A stretch of DNA of 63,529 nt, filler included, from Gonapodya sp. JEL0774 (lineage: Eukaryota), in the NCBI GenBank assembly GCA_027604505.1. It is 19 parts of 19 records of this genome, joined end to end, with 100 filler letters (N's around TTAATTAATTAA, not from the genome) between each part and the next. Parts side by side here need not be neighbours in the genome. Positions count along the whole stretch, not along the records: positions 50,281 to 53,521 come from JADIIX010001387.1; positions 53,622 to 56,859 come from JADIIX010001388.1; positions 56,960 to 60,194 come from JADIIX010001389.1; positions 60,295 to 63,529 come from JADIIX010001390.1; 15 more parts are not named here. One strand, 5' to 3'. A program made the translations under genes and the position numbers. The first letter of the stretch is position 1. Each line of letters opens with the position of its first letter. Shown here piece after piece: positions 50,781 through 63,529 of the stretch. The notes under the pieces were generated by a model. That model made no database searches, was not told the DNA's origin, and worked only from the letters and a program-made list of their open reading frames with translations.

Positions 50781-53350
50781 CAAAGTTTTCTTTGAGTGAG
50801 TTGTCAACTTGCCAAATTACTCGCTCAACTTGTTACATGCAAGTTGAGTTGTGAGAATTATAGGGTTAGCAAGTAGCGAGTTACATAATTGTAAACTCAT
50901 GAGTTCACAAGATACTCGCCAATATTTGTTTCACTCTCTTTGCACGCAGCATCCCAATGACAGAAGCAGAGATGCAAATCCACAATAAGCCCAATGCAGA
51001 AGATTCCTCTGCAATTTGGACCCCATACAAGGCCGGGGCCAGCATCTGCCGTCCTGTCTCTTGGGTCTTTTGTGATGGACACTTCAAGCGGGAACAGAAC
51101 AGGAACATGGTCTGCACTGTCCGCAATGAGGCAGGCAAAAACAGATGCAAAGGACCAGTGTGAGCTGTCAGATGCCATTTTTTGGGGGCTTCAACTTTGC
51201 CCAGTCTCTGTCCCGATTGTGCTCACATATGACTGCAAAAAAAATCCGCAACAACACTGCAACTGCATGTCAGGAGGTTTCACACGGAGTCAATCAAAGA
51301 CACAGCAGTATTGCAAACTATGCGGATGGAAGGAGCAAAGCAGTGGACTCTAGAGGATTCAATGAAGCGGAAGCGGAGCGAGGTGAGGAAGAGCAGTTTT
51401 CGAATGTTCTTTGCCATATTACTACAATTTACTGACGCATAATGTAGCTGGTCGATGAGTCGAGCTTCCGAGCAGCACTTCTTGACAGGGTTGTGCTTTC
51501 AAACCAGCCAATCTCAGAGGTAGAGAATGTTTGGTTCAGGCGAGCTCTAGACCTCCTCCACCCCGATGTGCCCCGCGTGAATACGGAGATGATTTGATAT
51601 GATATACCACGTGAGGTGGAGAGGATGGAGCAGATTGTAATGGACAGGTTGAAGGTTAGTTCCGACGTCCCACCACAGAATTGCTGATTCCAGCACTCTA
51701 ACGCTTCTGTAGGAGGACTGCACTGGCCTCGCAATCACAACTGACATGTGGAGCACATGGGATAGCCGCTACTTGTTTGCAGCGGTCACAGGGCATTGGA
51801 TCGGGACAGATTGAACACTAAAGTCTGTCTTACTGGATTTTATCCACATAGAAGGATCTCACAAAGGAGAGCAAATAGCTGAATACATTGCAGAGTCACT
51901 ACGGAGGCTTGGGGTCCTCAAAAAGGTGAGTTTTTTCTGTGTTGTACAGCCTTCGTGTTTTGTTTCCGACGCCCAAATAGTCAAGTTCCGTCACAACCGA
52001 CAATGGGAGCAACAACCAAATCATGATGCAAGCACTGGAATATCAGGATGGGATCAATGCAGCTTTCAGGGCTGTGGATTGCCATGTGAGGTGTTTCCCT
52101 CACATGCTCCACATTGCAGTGAAGGCTGGAATGGAGAAGCTGCGGATCGAAGACATCAACGAGGAGAAATTAGCAAGTGCAGAGGATGTGGAGCCAGGTG
52201 CGCTCAAGAAGGTGAGTCATTGATGTGGCTCTCTGACTAGATGCTTGTGTGCACCGAACACTGATTGTGTGATTGACCACAAATTTCTACTTTCCAGCTA
52301 TATCAGGTCATCTTCAAGATAAGACAGTCTCCCCAACTGAGGGAGAAATATGCAGCACAGTTCACAGACAGAAGCAAACCTGCACGTGAGTTAGTCGCCC
52401 CAGTTGAGACGAGATGGCAATCGGACTTTGATGCCATTACAAGGGCTCTGGCGGATTGTCCACAGCTTGAAATGTTGAGATTATATATGAGAATCCAGCA
52501 CTCTGCCTCTGTACAGGTTTTGCACTTGGCCCAGTGGTTACATCAACATGAAAAGCTCTGGGCAGAGGAAAAGATTTTAAAGAATTGGAAGTTGTCGGAC
52601 GAGGAGTGGGGAACATTGGAGGCAACAATGAACCTTTTGCTCGTGAGTTGTGTACCAACATTTGTTGTTTTGCTCTCTTACAAACAACACTGAGCCACGA
52701 TAACTTCGGCAGCCCTTCACCCAGCATTCAAACTTGGATGGATGCAGGAGGAAGGATGGGAGGAGGATGGGCATTTGGACCAGGTGCGCATGATTCTACA
52801 GGAAGCTGTGGAGGGGGGGTAAACGGGGGGAGGGATGCATCACCAGAGTGAGAGGACAATCCAGAAGGCATGGACTTTCATGGAGACGCACAGAAGATGG
52901 GCGAACTTGAGCAGTACCTGGCAGAGCCAAGGAGGGAGAGGGAGGTGGATGTGCTGGAGTACTGGAAGTCAAGGAGTGATCTCACAGGCTTGCAGGCAAG
53001 GGCACGGGTGGTCGTGGCAATACCAGGAAGTAGTGCAGAGTCAGAACGGGTCTTTAGTGCAGGTAGAGATGTGATAGGTGATAAGCGATCACGTTTGGGG
53101 CCAGTTATGATTAGACAATTGATGCTTAAACAGCATTGGACAATCAAAATAGATATATTGTAAAGTGGAACTCAATATTTCGTATTCACAGTGCACAACG
53201 TAAACAAAACAAAACAAATCGAAATTTACTTGCGAGTTGGCGAGTTGTCTGAGCTCAGTATTAGCGAGTTGCGAGTTGGCAATTCTCTGTCACAGTTGAG
53301 TAGCGAGTTGCCTGCTACAATAGCGAGTAACCCACTCAAAACAAACTTTG
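50781..53350 (+). mobile_element. Complete hAT DNA transposon, 2570 bp
   Basis: 22-bp TIRs with 3 mismatches: CAAAGTTTTCTTTGAGTGAGTT (50781-50802) and the reverse complement of 53329-53350. An 8-bp TSD CCTCTGAT lies at 50773-50780 and 53351-53358. GCGAGTT-type subterminal repeats occur at both ends. Confidence 0.93.
50957..53163 (+). pseudogene. hAT transposase, spliced, inactivated
   Basis: ITTDMWS, VTTDNGSN, RCFPHMLHIAV, VETRWQS, AIPGSSAESERVFS. There is an in-frame TGA at 51812-51814 plus further frame breaks. Confidence 0.9.
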
Positions 53351-53621
53351 CCTCTGATCCACTGATTCTGATCTGGTTTAAGCACTTTGAGGTCCGGGGC
53401 TCATAACCTGTTAAGCGGTATGATGTTCTTATTCGAAACACGTTTGTGAAGTCATGGGTGGAATACCATTGGTGACACAATATTTTGTATAAGTTGGATT
53501 TGGACTCCAGGGATGATTTGGNNNNNNNNNNNNNNNNNNNNNNNNNNNNNNNNNNNNNNNNNNNNTTAATTAATTAANNNNNNNNNNNNNNNNNNNNNNN
53601 NNNNNNNNNNNNNNNNNNNNN

Positions 53622-55463
53622 TGCTGGACCCTGCTCCCCCTCAACTCTCGTGCCACATTTGGCATATCGTGAGGGTGACACAGCTCATTCAACGTGAGTC
53701 CAACAATCTCGCTAGGCTCATATCCGGTCAAGGTTTTGCAGGCACCTTCACTGGCGTGCAGGAAAATCCCGCGCGAGGAAACAATGAAGGACAAGTCTGC
53801 GTGCTGCTCGGCGAGAACAGTGGACCACGATGGGTCAGTGAGAGAGGCGACCGGTGCAGGGCGGGATTTTCGGGATGCAGATGAGTTGGATGCCATTGTG
53901 GACACCGTCGTCGGCTTGTGAGTCGCGACTGGCACTGGTGGTGGTCTCACGAGTGGCTTCACCGGCTGTTGCTGTTGGTGCAGATGCTCCATTCGATCCT
54001 GAACGTGCTTCGCAGCTCTGACGCTGGCCATCGAAGCAGTGGGTGCGCGGGAGGCCGGCTGGGCAAGTGGCAACACAGGGCTCGTGACCTGCATGGGTGA
54101 AACCGCCCGCTCGTCTGCGTCGATTTCATGGACCTGCACATGTTCTTCCTGCACTTGCTGGTCGTGAATCCCGATAGGGAAGAACTTCTTCATATCGGGG
54201 AACAGTGCGGCGGTCACATCTCTGCCGTCCACTTCCACCGTCGGCACGGCAGACCCCGGCGTCACACTCCTCGAAAACACATCCAAGCCAGGTGGAAGAA
54301 GTCTTGCACCTATTGCGGGACTCTGCACGACGGGTCCCAGCGAGTTGGACAGGTTCGAGGGGGAGGGACCATAGCCGTAGGTCCCACCGGCCATGCGGCC
54401 CAAAATGCGCCGTGACTGCTCTTCGAGGTCCACTTGGAAGCCGACAAAGTAGGTAATGTCGTCGTCATCATTCCAGCAGAGGGGGATGATGGTGATGAGA
54501 TTGACAAAAGGCTGTGTTTGGTGCAAAGGAAAGAAAGAGCGTGTCAGGTTCATGCACTTTCCGAACCATCGTATGTAAGATATGACTGACCGTCCCGTCC
54601 TTCTTGTAGTTCAACTGTGTGAATTGACACTCCTCGTGCCTATGAATACTCTTTCTGAGTTCGAAAATGACGGAGTTGTCACAGTGGAGACGAATGGAGC
54701 CCTTTTCCACCCGCCCGTCCGGAGCTTGGAGGAACCTGCAGTTCCGTCCCAAAACCTCGGAGAGCGCGTAGCCAGTGAGCCTGCAAGAGAGGTGATGGGT
54801 GGTTGTGAGGAGTGGCGGACGCAAGGGAGCAAAGCATGATCGTGGGAGAAACTCACTTGGTGAAGTTCTCACTGACGTGTACAATAGGATAGTCAGGCAG
54901 CTTTGCGTCGACGACGACAAAACTAGTGTCACAATCTATGGGACCGAGCTGGCGAGTGAGAGAGGGAAAGAGATACAAGTATGCATGAGCACGCATCCTC
55001 AATGCAAGAGAAAATGGGAACGACTAAACTGACGCATCGGAGTGTATCCGCAGTGCATACTCACTTGAATTTTGGGGTTCTTTCTCGCATATACCCTGGT
55101 CAGTACTCCGAGCGTGTCGAACCCAGACGTTGAGTAAACTCCCGAAAGTAGCTGTCCTTTAGTAAACGGGGAGGGCCTCTTTGTTGCATAGGGGTTGTGC
55201 AACTCGGCTTCTCTTTTCCGTTTTCGCTCTAGATGCGCAAGCGCGGCCGTTGCCGGAGTTGGCGAGTCGAGCGCGAGACCCAGATCGAAATCGAGGGAGG
55301 AACGAAAGTCTGAGCGGCCGAAGTTTGTGTCAGCAAACAAGGAGGCAGGCATGTTGAGGAGAGAGTCTATGTCCGTATCGGAAGGAAGTTGGTTGGATTG
55401 GGTGGTGTTGGGGAGAGCTGAAGCTGACGATGCGGAGCCCAGCTGTTGGGTGTCAAATGGCAT
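53622..55463 (-). CDS. White collar-1-like blue-light receptor (LOV + PAS), 3'-truncated
   Basis: GVYSTSGFDTLGVLTRV..RKNPKIQ|LGPIDC, PIVYVSENF, GRNCRFLQ with the photoactive Cys, NYKKDG|PFVNLITIIP, YFVGFQVDL, then a PAS-B domain. The start may lie further upstream (55835). Confidence 0.92.
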
Positions 55464-56959
55464 GGACGGGAAGTAGGACTGCTTTGTCGGGGCCGCTCTG
55501 CACCAAATAAACGCATTACTGAATCAGTATTCGTTTATTCTTCATTTAGGACTCATGCCGAGTGGAATTCCATGTCCGATCCGATTTCCGAGCACGAGAT
55601 GCGTCGAGCCAACTCACCCTTCCAACCCTCTCGCGCTGTCCGCACGCGCATCCAAGTCCCACCGACGCTCCCATCCGGAAAGATGACGTACTGGCGGTGG
55701 CGCCAGGAAGGCAGCGAGCCCGGTTCCGAGGGGACTGGGCTGCTCTGCAAAGAGCGAAAAATCCAGCTCCATATCCAGCTGCGACGACGGCAGCATCGAC
55801 TGTCCGTATATCGAGTTCGGAGAGTACGCAGTCATTTGTTCTGATTATTCTGCGTTCCGAGTTGCTGAGCTTGTGCGTTTAGCGAAAGTTCGGGTTTCGG
55901 TATCTCAAAGGGTTGGGCTGAATTGTGCTGACGTTTTAGGAAAGAAAGGGAAACAAAATTTTGCCGGAGGAAACATTTCACCCGATTATTCACTCCTTAC
56001 TAAGGCATGCGAGGTCAAAACAGATAGAACAAGATTCAGAAAGCTCCAAAAGGCGCTGGATCTGTGCTCTGCAATTTTCTCAAAGGCTGGAGGCCGTTCT
56101 TGAGTTGCCGGGGGATCGTGACCGGGAAAGGTGATCATTCCAACCACCGAAAAGATTCAAGAGCCAGGTACTGACTGAGATGGAGTTTTATTCCCCTCCG
56201 TAAATGTACTTGCATAGAGTCTCGATTCAAAGTGGGCCGGAGAGTGTCGGCTACAAGTGATTCAGGCGCGCCGAACCCGCCCATCGGACACGGGTGATAA
56301 CGAAGCCCAAGTGCATCGTAGTGATCCGGGCCTATAGGTATCTCAGTTGAACTTATTTTCTGCGGCATCTGACCTCCCTCGAATGCAAGCACGTTACTTT
56401 CCGTGACTTCTGGTGGACGAAAACACACGAGGACTAATTGTGACGTCATAGAGTCCTGAGTAAACCGGATGCGCCCAATTGTATCTCCTTTACCAAAAGC
56501 ATCCATCTTTTAATCGTAAGTTACTGTGTTGAAGTTCCACTAACCCTGATTGAGTCTGCCCCTACTCCACGGAGAGGTCGGTGGACCAACTTGCAGGTTG
56601 AAGAGTGATGTGGGTGTTGTCGACTGGTGTCGTAGATCGACGGAAAGCTATAATTTAGAGCGCCGGGACAGTATGGAGCGGCAGTGTACGAAGTGCGGCT
56701 GAATCTTCGTAAGTACCATGATTCTTCGTGGTGTTTATCCATTCACGGTTCGGAGCATATATATCTCAGCCCTATGTTGAACATCAATTCATCATAACCA
56801 TTGGGGCATTGGTCACGTTCGGGACACGCACAGGAGGAGCGAAATCACGTGCATTCGTGNNNNNNNNNNNNNNNNNNNNNNNNNNNNNNNNNNNNNNNNN
56901 NNNTTAATTAATTAANNNNNNNNNNNNNNNNNNNNNNNNNNNNNNNNNNNNNNNNNNNN

Positions 56960-58018
56960 GCATCGTTGATGAGGACAGAGATTCCAATGACGAGCGACGT
57001 GGCGACTTCGACACCGTTGATGCCGGCGACGAGATTAATGGAATTGGTAAAAAATACGCAGAGGAGGGACATGCCGACGTAGTAGCCGATGCCTGCGTGT
57101 TAGATTCGAGAGGAGAATATGGATGGGTGTTGTTTCCATCATGCCCACCCCTTTTCCCGACTCCGACTCACCCAGATCAAGAATCCTCCCCAGCAATGGT
57201 CTCAATTGTACTGGCACCATTATCGCCGTCACACCAAAATTGGCGTAGTAGACCAGGATCAAAGGTAAGGTGGATATAAGCGAAAGCCATATTTTTGTCA
57301 ACCATCGAATATCAAACACATCGTCGGCAAAGCCCAAGAGGATCATAGAAGAGATGGAGAGCAAGGCGCAAAGGAGTTCAACGAGCTGGGATTGGTTGCG
57401 AGGCGCAGCTGTCATTGGGGTTCGGTAGACCATGCACCGGCGCCGAACGGTATCTGACGAGATACCTTCTCATGTGGAAACAAAGGTACTCCCTCCGGGC
57501 TATTCACTGCCCTTGCCGTATCCGCAACCGTTCCGTCCGCGGCATACGCTCGCTGATGTCCCGAAAACTCCAAGAATGGAATTGGGATGAAACAGAACAA
57601 CAGAACCAGATAGACGAGACAGGCTATAACGCCAGCTGGTTCAGGGCTATATATGAAACGAGAAAGTTGGAATGGGATATGAAACAGTTGGTGATGGAAG
57701 ACGTTTGCGTTTGCCAACTCACATTTCAGTTGTCTGATCGCGTTTGGACATGTCTCTCCCCGTCATCTTTGCCCTAATAAACATGGCTCGCGTCCTCGGT
57801 ATTAAATCAGCCACTAGAATGAATCCAAGAGCTGCGAAAGACATCGAAACCACGAAAGGTCGATGCAGATTGAAAGCAACGACTGCAATGATGGCGACCA
57901 CCGCTGGAGCGATTGATGATGACGACGAAGGTGTGATATCAGCGGGAGAGAGCGGTGATTCGACTGGAGCGCCATTTGATTGACTTGGAGGGACGATTCG
58001 GGGGTTTTTAGTGGGCAT
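56960..58018 (-). CDS. ALG7: UDP-GlcNAc:dolichyl-phosphate GlcNAc-1-P transferase, N-terminal part
   Basis: GRDMSK, PEPAGVI, LLGFADDVFDIRW, NSINLVAGINGVEV. Confidence 0.93.
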
Positions 58019-58109
58019 TCTATGTCAGATGTAAATAGGTGGTGGTCGGCTGGACTGATGCACAAACTAGGGTAGGTATGTACCAATAATCTGTTCCGTT
58101 CAAGAATTA

Positions 58110-60194
58110 ATGACCAAGAAGGGCTCGAAGCCTTCCTCTGCTGGAGGAGCATCGAGTTTTTCTGGCTCTGGCTCATCATCGTCTAAAGCGGTCTCGTCTG
58201 TGCGTCCTGGAAGTGCTCCTCTGACTGCAAAAGAAGAACGGGAAGCTCGATTCGCTGCCGCACAGGAAGCCAAGAGAGCGCTGTTCGGAAGTTGGACGGG
58301 CAAGACGCCACTTTCACTGCTTCATGAGCACTGTCAAAAGCAAGGCTGGGGTAAAGCTCAGCTGAACACGGTACGATCACAAGAAAGAAAATGAAGCGCA
58401 TCGTTGAACGATTTTTACAGTCTGCCATTATTTCACTCCGTTTGTACTGACAGATTCGTGTGAATTCTGGATACGTGACGAACGTGACCCTGTCAAAGGA
58501 AGGTCAGACGGTTCGGATCGTACCTACAGAAGGCTACTCTGTAAGTCTCTCGCAATTGTGGAAGTCATCCACTTTCTCACGGTGGATCTGCGCTACAAGT
58601 ATAAAACGCCCGACGAATCCAAGCACTACGGGGCAACGTTCGCTCTCCACCGTGTCGCCTCAGCGCGTAATATCGGTACCCTCCTTCCGCCTGACCACAA
58701 GGCCCTCTGGAACGAACTCAACCAACGGAAACAGCTGCTCGAGCAACAAAATGGTCGAGAGTGGATGGACTTCCACTTTGCCGCAGACCCGTTTGCGGCC
58801 GCTCTGGCGAGAGAGAAGAAGCGCGAGGATGACCGGAAGGAAAAGGAGCGGGCGGTGAAGGAGCGGAAGGAGAAGGCAAGAAAACTCAAGGCGTCTTATC
58901 CTGCACTTCATCTGAGTCAAGAACTTAGAAAGTCTGTGGAGGAGCTCATCAAGAAGACCGGAATATCCATGGCTGCCCTGGAACCTGTCGAAGAAACCGC
59001 ACTTTATGACCTGGAGGTCAGTGACACCTCCGACTCAGAAGAAGATGACATAGTGGATCTTGCGCAGCCTGAATCGACTCGAAATGATCCGAAGAGCGGT
59101 CGATCTATTCAGAAACCCTCCCTCTCGGAGGGGCGGGCTACCCCGGACCTTCCCACGAAGAGGTCTGCCACCACGTCATCCTCTGAACCTCTTACAACAT
59201 CCCCATCCCCTCTCGTATCATCTATCTCTGCCCTAGGTTTCCACACTTCACACGTCAGGGAGGCCATCGCTCACGTCCCGAAGGCCGATCAGGCCTCCGT
59301 CCTTGATTGGCTGCTGCTGCACGTGCCAGAGGATGACTTGCCACAGCAGTTCATGGACAAACGGTATCGCACGGGACTTAGTGCCAGTAATTTGTCGAAG
59401 GAGGAGCTCGCAGACGAGTATAGATTTCAACGATGTGAGTAGTTTCTCTGACAGTACTAAGAATCCGTCAACCCTGTGACTTATGATCGTGCTGGCTTGG
59501 TGTGGTGGTGTGCTAGTACGGAGTTTAGGATTCTCTACGACTGCGGTCCGGTCCGCCATGTCACAAACGACGTCTGAACTCTCCGCCCTTGAAAACCTTG
59601 TTCGTTCACTGCCATCCCTTGCCACCGTACCGTCGGGTGCTCCTAACCCACCCGAAGACTTCAGTGAAATTCAGAGCTTTGCCGACCGTGTCGAAGAGCT
59701 CATGACTCTCCGCGCCATATATGGCGACGATCGCGTATGGGCGGGGTACGACGGTCAGATCGCCGGACCACGGGAGGAAGTGGCATCCGCAGATCCAGGC
59801 GAAGAGGATACTTCAAAGTTTATCACGTCCATTTCGATTGCCTTACCCACCGCCCTTGCAAAACACCCACACGTTCCTGTGCTCTCCATCTATTTCCCTC
59901 CTGTCACCTCTATGTACCCACGAACACCTTGCGTGCCCGTCGTTACATGCGAGGGCGTCCCTGCATCCGTGCGACTTTTCATAATGAGATCGCTGTATGA
60001 CAAGGCGCGAGATGTCGCTGAACAAGGTCAGGTGGCAGGGTTTGAGTTGGCGGAACGGGTTGAGGCCGAGATGGAAGGTATTGTCAAGGACCCGCCACCG
60101 TTGATTCCAGGAGAGAACTTCAGATCTGTCACCACTGCTGATCGAGAGACAGGGGGCAGTAAACCAGTGCAACGGAACAATGATTCCAATTTTC
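58110..60194 (+). CDS. DHX57/YLR419W-like DExH helicase, N-terminal part (dsRBD-like, UBA-like, RWD)
   Basis: WTGKTPLSLLHEHCQKQGW, KHYGATFALHRV, LGFHTSHVREA...LDWLLLHVPEDDLP, EELMTLRAIYGD...YP. The helicase core is beyond the contig end. Confidence 0.8.
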
Positions 60195-60294
60195 NNNNNN
60201 NNNNNNNNNNNNNNNNNNNNNNNNNNNNNNNNNNNNNNTTAATTAATTAANNNNNNNNNNNNNNNNNNNNNNNNNNNNNNNNNNNNNNNNNNNN

Positions 60295-60814
60295 GCAGGT
60301 TGCCGTGAAGAGGAAAGAATGATTCCTGAGAAACTGGCAGACGAGTCAATTGAGGAGCTCTCCCAGCCACATGCAATCCGGTAATTCGCACTTGCGTGAT
60401 TGTATTGACAGTTCTTTCCATTTTCTCCCCAAGCGTGTCACTACTTTCTTCGTCTACCTCAACTCCGTCGCACTCCCACCCAACACCCCTGTATCAGACT
60501 ATCCAAATCCCCTCGATCCAAATCCCTCGGCCCCCTTGCTCGGCATGGGGTCCACCCAGTTCCCCAACCTCAATGTAGAGGTCATGCCCAAGAAGGGCCG
60601 AGCGACATTCTGGTGGGACGTCACCATCGACGGCAAGGATGACGCGAGAACGTTGCACGCGGGTACGCCACCAGTGGTGGGAGAGAAGTGGGGTTTGAAC
60701 GTGAGTGAAGTGATGATGATCGAGTTTGGGACTCGTCGTGTCTCACAGGGTATGATACTTTATCCACGTGCGCCCACATATCAGATCTGGCAAAGAGAGA
60801 CAGCTTTCACCTAG
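60295..60814 (+). CDS. Prolyl 4-hydroxylase-like 2OG-Fe(II) dioxygenase, C-terminal part
   Basis: RVTTFFVYLN, TQFPNLNVEVMPKKGRATFW, DARTLHAGTPPVVGEKWGLN|IWQRE. Confidence 0.88.
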
Positions 60815-60871
60815 TTTCGAACTCAGGTCCGTCCCTCTGTCCCGCTTAATGTAAATGCGCGACACTTCCGG

Positions 60872-60921
60872 TGAATATGTATGCTAGCGTATGCGTTGAA
60901 TATGTATGCTAGAATATGCGT
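60872..60921. repeat. 25-bp direct tandem duplication
   Basis: TGAATATGTATGCTAGCGTATGCGT followed by TGAATATGTATGCTAGAATATGCGT. Confidence 0.8.
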
Positions 60922-61254
60922 TCGAGTCAGTAGCTCCGGTAGTTTTATTTGTAAGGGCCTGGCTGCTACCTGTCACGTGAGCTGAGCATTTATCGGTGAT
61001 ACATGTATGACGGCATCAAGATGGAGAGCGGTTTTGCGTGTCTACATTTGGTCACACCCCTCTCACAACGCCCCATCGCTTTGTCCACGACCAAGCGCCG
61101 GCTCTCTCAATCTTCGCGATGTGCGACTCGGAGGATCTCTTAGCCATTTGCCAGTTGAGGGAGCTAAGGAACTTTTTGCTCGCCGAGAGAAGAACAAGGG
61201 GATTCTCCGTCGCCCACCAATTACATCGCTCACAAAACCCTCTGGAAACGGAGC

Positions 61255-62350
61255 ATGGAAATGTTTATACGGGGTTTGAACTCTAGAACATCGATTGATA
61301 CCGCCTTGCATGCGATTACCGGAAACTGTGAAGTTTGCCTATCAGCGTTCCACCAGGGGTTTCGCTCGCTCACTCTTAAGAATGATAGCGAAAAGCGTGG
61401 CTCGACATCGTGGATTGGTGAGCGTCCCTGTGCAGACTTGCAAGCTGTAAGTCTGGATCTAACAACACCTGAACTTCTATCGCATCCCTGACTCCGCGTA
61501 ATCCCCCACGACAGTCGCCAACCGTATTCCGATACTTCTGTCATCGACATCCATTCCCTTCATTCTCGCCGACCGGGTATGCCTCCTCGTGGATGAAATG
61601 AAGTCTGAACAACCCCGTGCTTCTCAGAACATCCAATCAATCCTATTGGTCTACAATTGCTTCTGCCTGTTCACCTACGTGAATCCACAACTTCTATATC
61701 AGATTCGGCTGCACCGTCCTCGTCTCATCTGTGACTTGCTCCTTCTTGTCAATCGATTCGCATCCGTACGTCAAATGTCATGCGACTTCGGGATCGAGGA
61801 TCTTTCATCGAATCAGTTCGTCAACGGTTCTATAAAAACACTTTTGCAGGTCATTTGGGGATTTATAACTGTCGGAAATGAAGAAGTCAGGATGCAGTCA
61901 CGTGCAAGGGTATTGGAGGATTCTCGATTCATAAAAGCACTCGAACAGTATGGCCAGCGAATGTACAATGACAAGGCTGAACCGAATTATTGGTATCCAG
62001 TCCGCATGAAGATGAATGCAGCAAGCAATAGCAGTGATCGTATTCTAAAGGATCGTCAGCTGCGAATAATGTCATCGGTGTGCTCGAACCCCACATGCGC
62101 TTCAGAAAAATCACTCTCGAACAAACCCGTACCCTTGAAGCGCTGCAAAAAGTGTCAACTCGTGCGGTACTGCTCGAGTGAATGCCAGAAGGCCGATTGG
62201 ATGACTCACAAAGTGTTCTGTCGGGCACCTGAAACACCACCGACGATGGACAATATTGATGCACACGGGCACCAACCACCGTGGTGTCTTGGTGCCGAGT
62301 ACGAGGCATCCCTTGGACAAATTGCTTGTGGTCATTCAGTTTCCCACTGA
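61255..62350 (+). CDS. zf-MYND domain protein (5' structure uncertain)
   Basis: CSNPTC...LKRCKKCQLVRYCSSECQKADWMTHKVFC. Confidence 0.85.
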
Positions 62351-62916
62351 TGTTAACGCATTAGTACTGCTCGTTTACAACTACATACCTCATCCGCTCT
62401 TCAGTTGACATCATCCCACGTCGAAATTTGCTGAAAATACTCATCTTGTACACTCACTTCAACTCTTCCATCGAAGATCTCGTTGTAAACACGATGTTTG
62501 ACGCTATCTCTCACAACGTTGCAGTGATAGAGATCAGGATCACTCGATATGCATTGTAGATCGTCACGCAACTGCGTGAGGTAGAATATATAATGGGTTT
62601 CGCCGAGCAGTCGACGACAAATTAATATGAACGAGCGAATCGCAAACTGAAGAATAATCCTAAACCAAAGTGGAAAGACTCAAGGCCTCTTCACGGGCCG
62701 TTCAAAAACACCATTTCCAGCGGTCGTAGTCCAGCCTCATCCATGTAAGACAAACAGTGCTGATATCGGCAATAACACAGTCGTTTTTCCTCTTTCTGAT
62801 GGAATTGCGAGTGGCACGGTTGGTGGGACGGCCTGACATTTGTTTTTGAGCAATTCAACCAACTCGCACAAGTCTTTTCCCAGACTCCCAAACGGATGTA
62901 AACCAAACCCGAAACC

Positions 62917-63210
62917 ATGTCCCACCAAAGATTCACATTCACACGTCTCATCGACGGCCTGACATATCACTTCACCCAAACATCACAACCCCTCTCACCT
63001 CATTCCTCCTCTTCTACTGCAGGCGCTCTTGGCGCTCGATATGAGCGTGATGATGGCCACGTGCAAGTCCTCAAAGACCTGCAGAAGGGGTGGGTGGCGG
63101 TTGAGGCAGGCACAGGAGAGGTGACGGGAAAGCCGTGGGAGTGGACGTTGGCAAGTGTAGCGCAGACGGAGTATCCGCCTGAGGGAGAGTGGATTAGCAA
63201 GAAGGGATAA
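62917..63210 (+). CDS. Small hypothetical protein, 97 aa
   Basis: Single ATG-initiated ORF with protein-like composition (YHFTQ...YERDDG...KGWVA...YPPEGEWISKKG). No family assigned. Confidence 0.5.
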   Translation: MSHQRFTFTRLIDGLTYHFTQTSQPLSPHSSSSTAGALGARYERDDGHVQVLKDLQKGWVAVEAGTGEVTGKPWEWTLASVAQTEYPPEGEWISKKG

Positions 63211-63529
63211 AAATCGTATATATATGTTCTCAAGTACCCATCGTAGTTTGTGTACAACGTGACTATGTGGAACGTATACATGCCTGACAATCACGTCAGA
63301 AATGATGGAGTAATATTATGAATGTCCAAGAGACAAGATCTGCGTATTCGTGTCACTTGATTTATGGTATTTGAAGGAGACATAAAGCAGGAACCGACCA
63401 CAGTGAGGTCAGCACCACCACAACCATCCATGCATCCATCCATCCATCGGACCGGTCACCGCCAACACCCGCACAGGTGGGCAAGCGATATTCAGTTCTC
63501 CTCATCTGTCGCTGCACCCAAAATCTCAA

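Noticed and set aside
60857..60867. GCGCGACACTT matching the start of the 20149 inverted repeat
   Set aside because: The match is only 11 bp and does not extend, so it is compatible with chance.

Overview
This is not one locus. It is 19 unrelated contigs of 3260 down to 3235 bp, in decreasing length order, joined by artificial 100-nt linkers (44 N + TTAATTAATTAA + 44 N), so neighbourhoods mean something only within a segment. The DNA is from an intron-rich eukaryote, most likely a zoosporic (chytrid-grade) fungus, since it carries fungal VRG4, white collar-1-like and SPBC365.16-like genes together with the ciliary gene CEP19. Host genes, mostly partial, include SAH1, an ABCB transporter, RasGEF, SARAF, an F-box protein, CLASP/Stu1, TIM44, VRG4, an MFS permease, PAS kinase, a PHD-finger protein, TatD, CEP19, CPA2, a WC-1-like LOV protein, ALG7, a DHX57-like helicase, a prolyl 4-hydroxylase and a zf-MYND protein. 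Mobile DNA includes a complete hAT element with TIRs and an 8-bp TSD (50781-53350) and a second hAT end abutting an intron-containing Ginger-like integrase. One contig is bounded by a perfect 72-bp inverted repeat. The most unusual segment is 36905-40150. It holds 16 copies of a ~47-bp palindromic site (core CTGTCG-NNN-CGACAG) at a fixed 85-89 bp period, some with unrelated spacers and flipped cores, directly upstream of a decayed, spliced ParB/Srx-like gene. All calls come from reading the sequence by eye; no searches were run.
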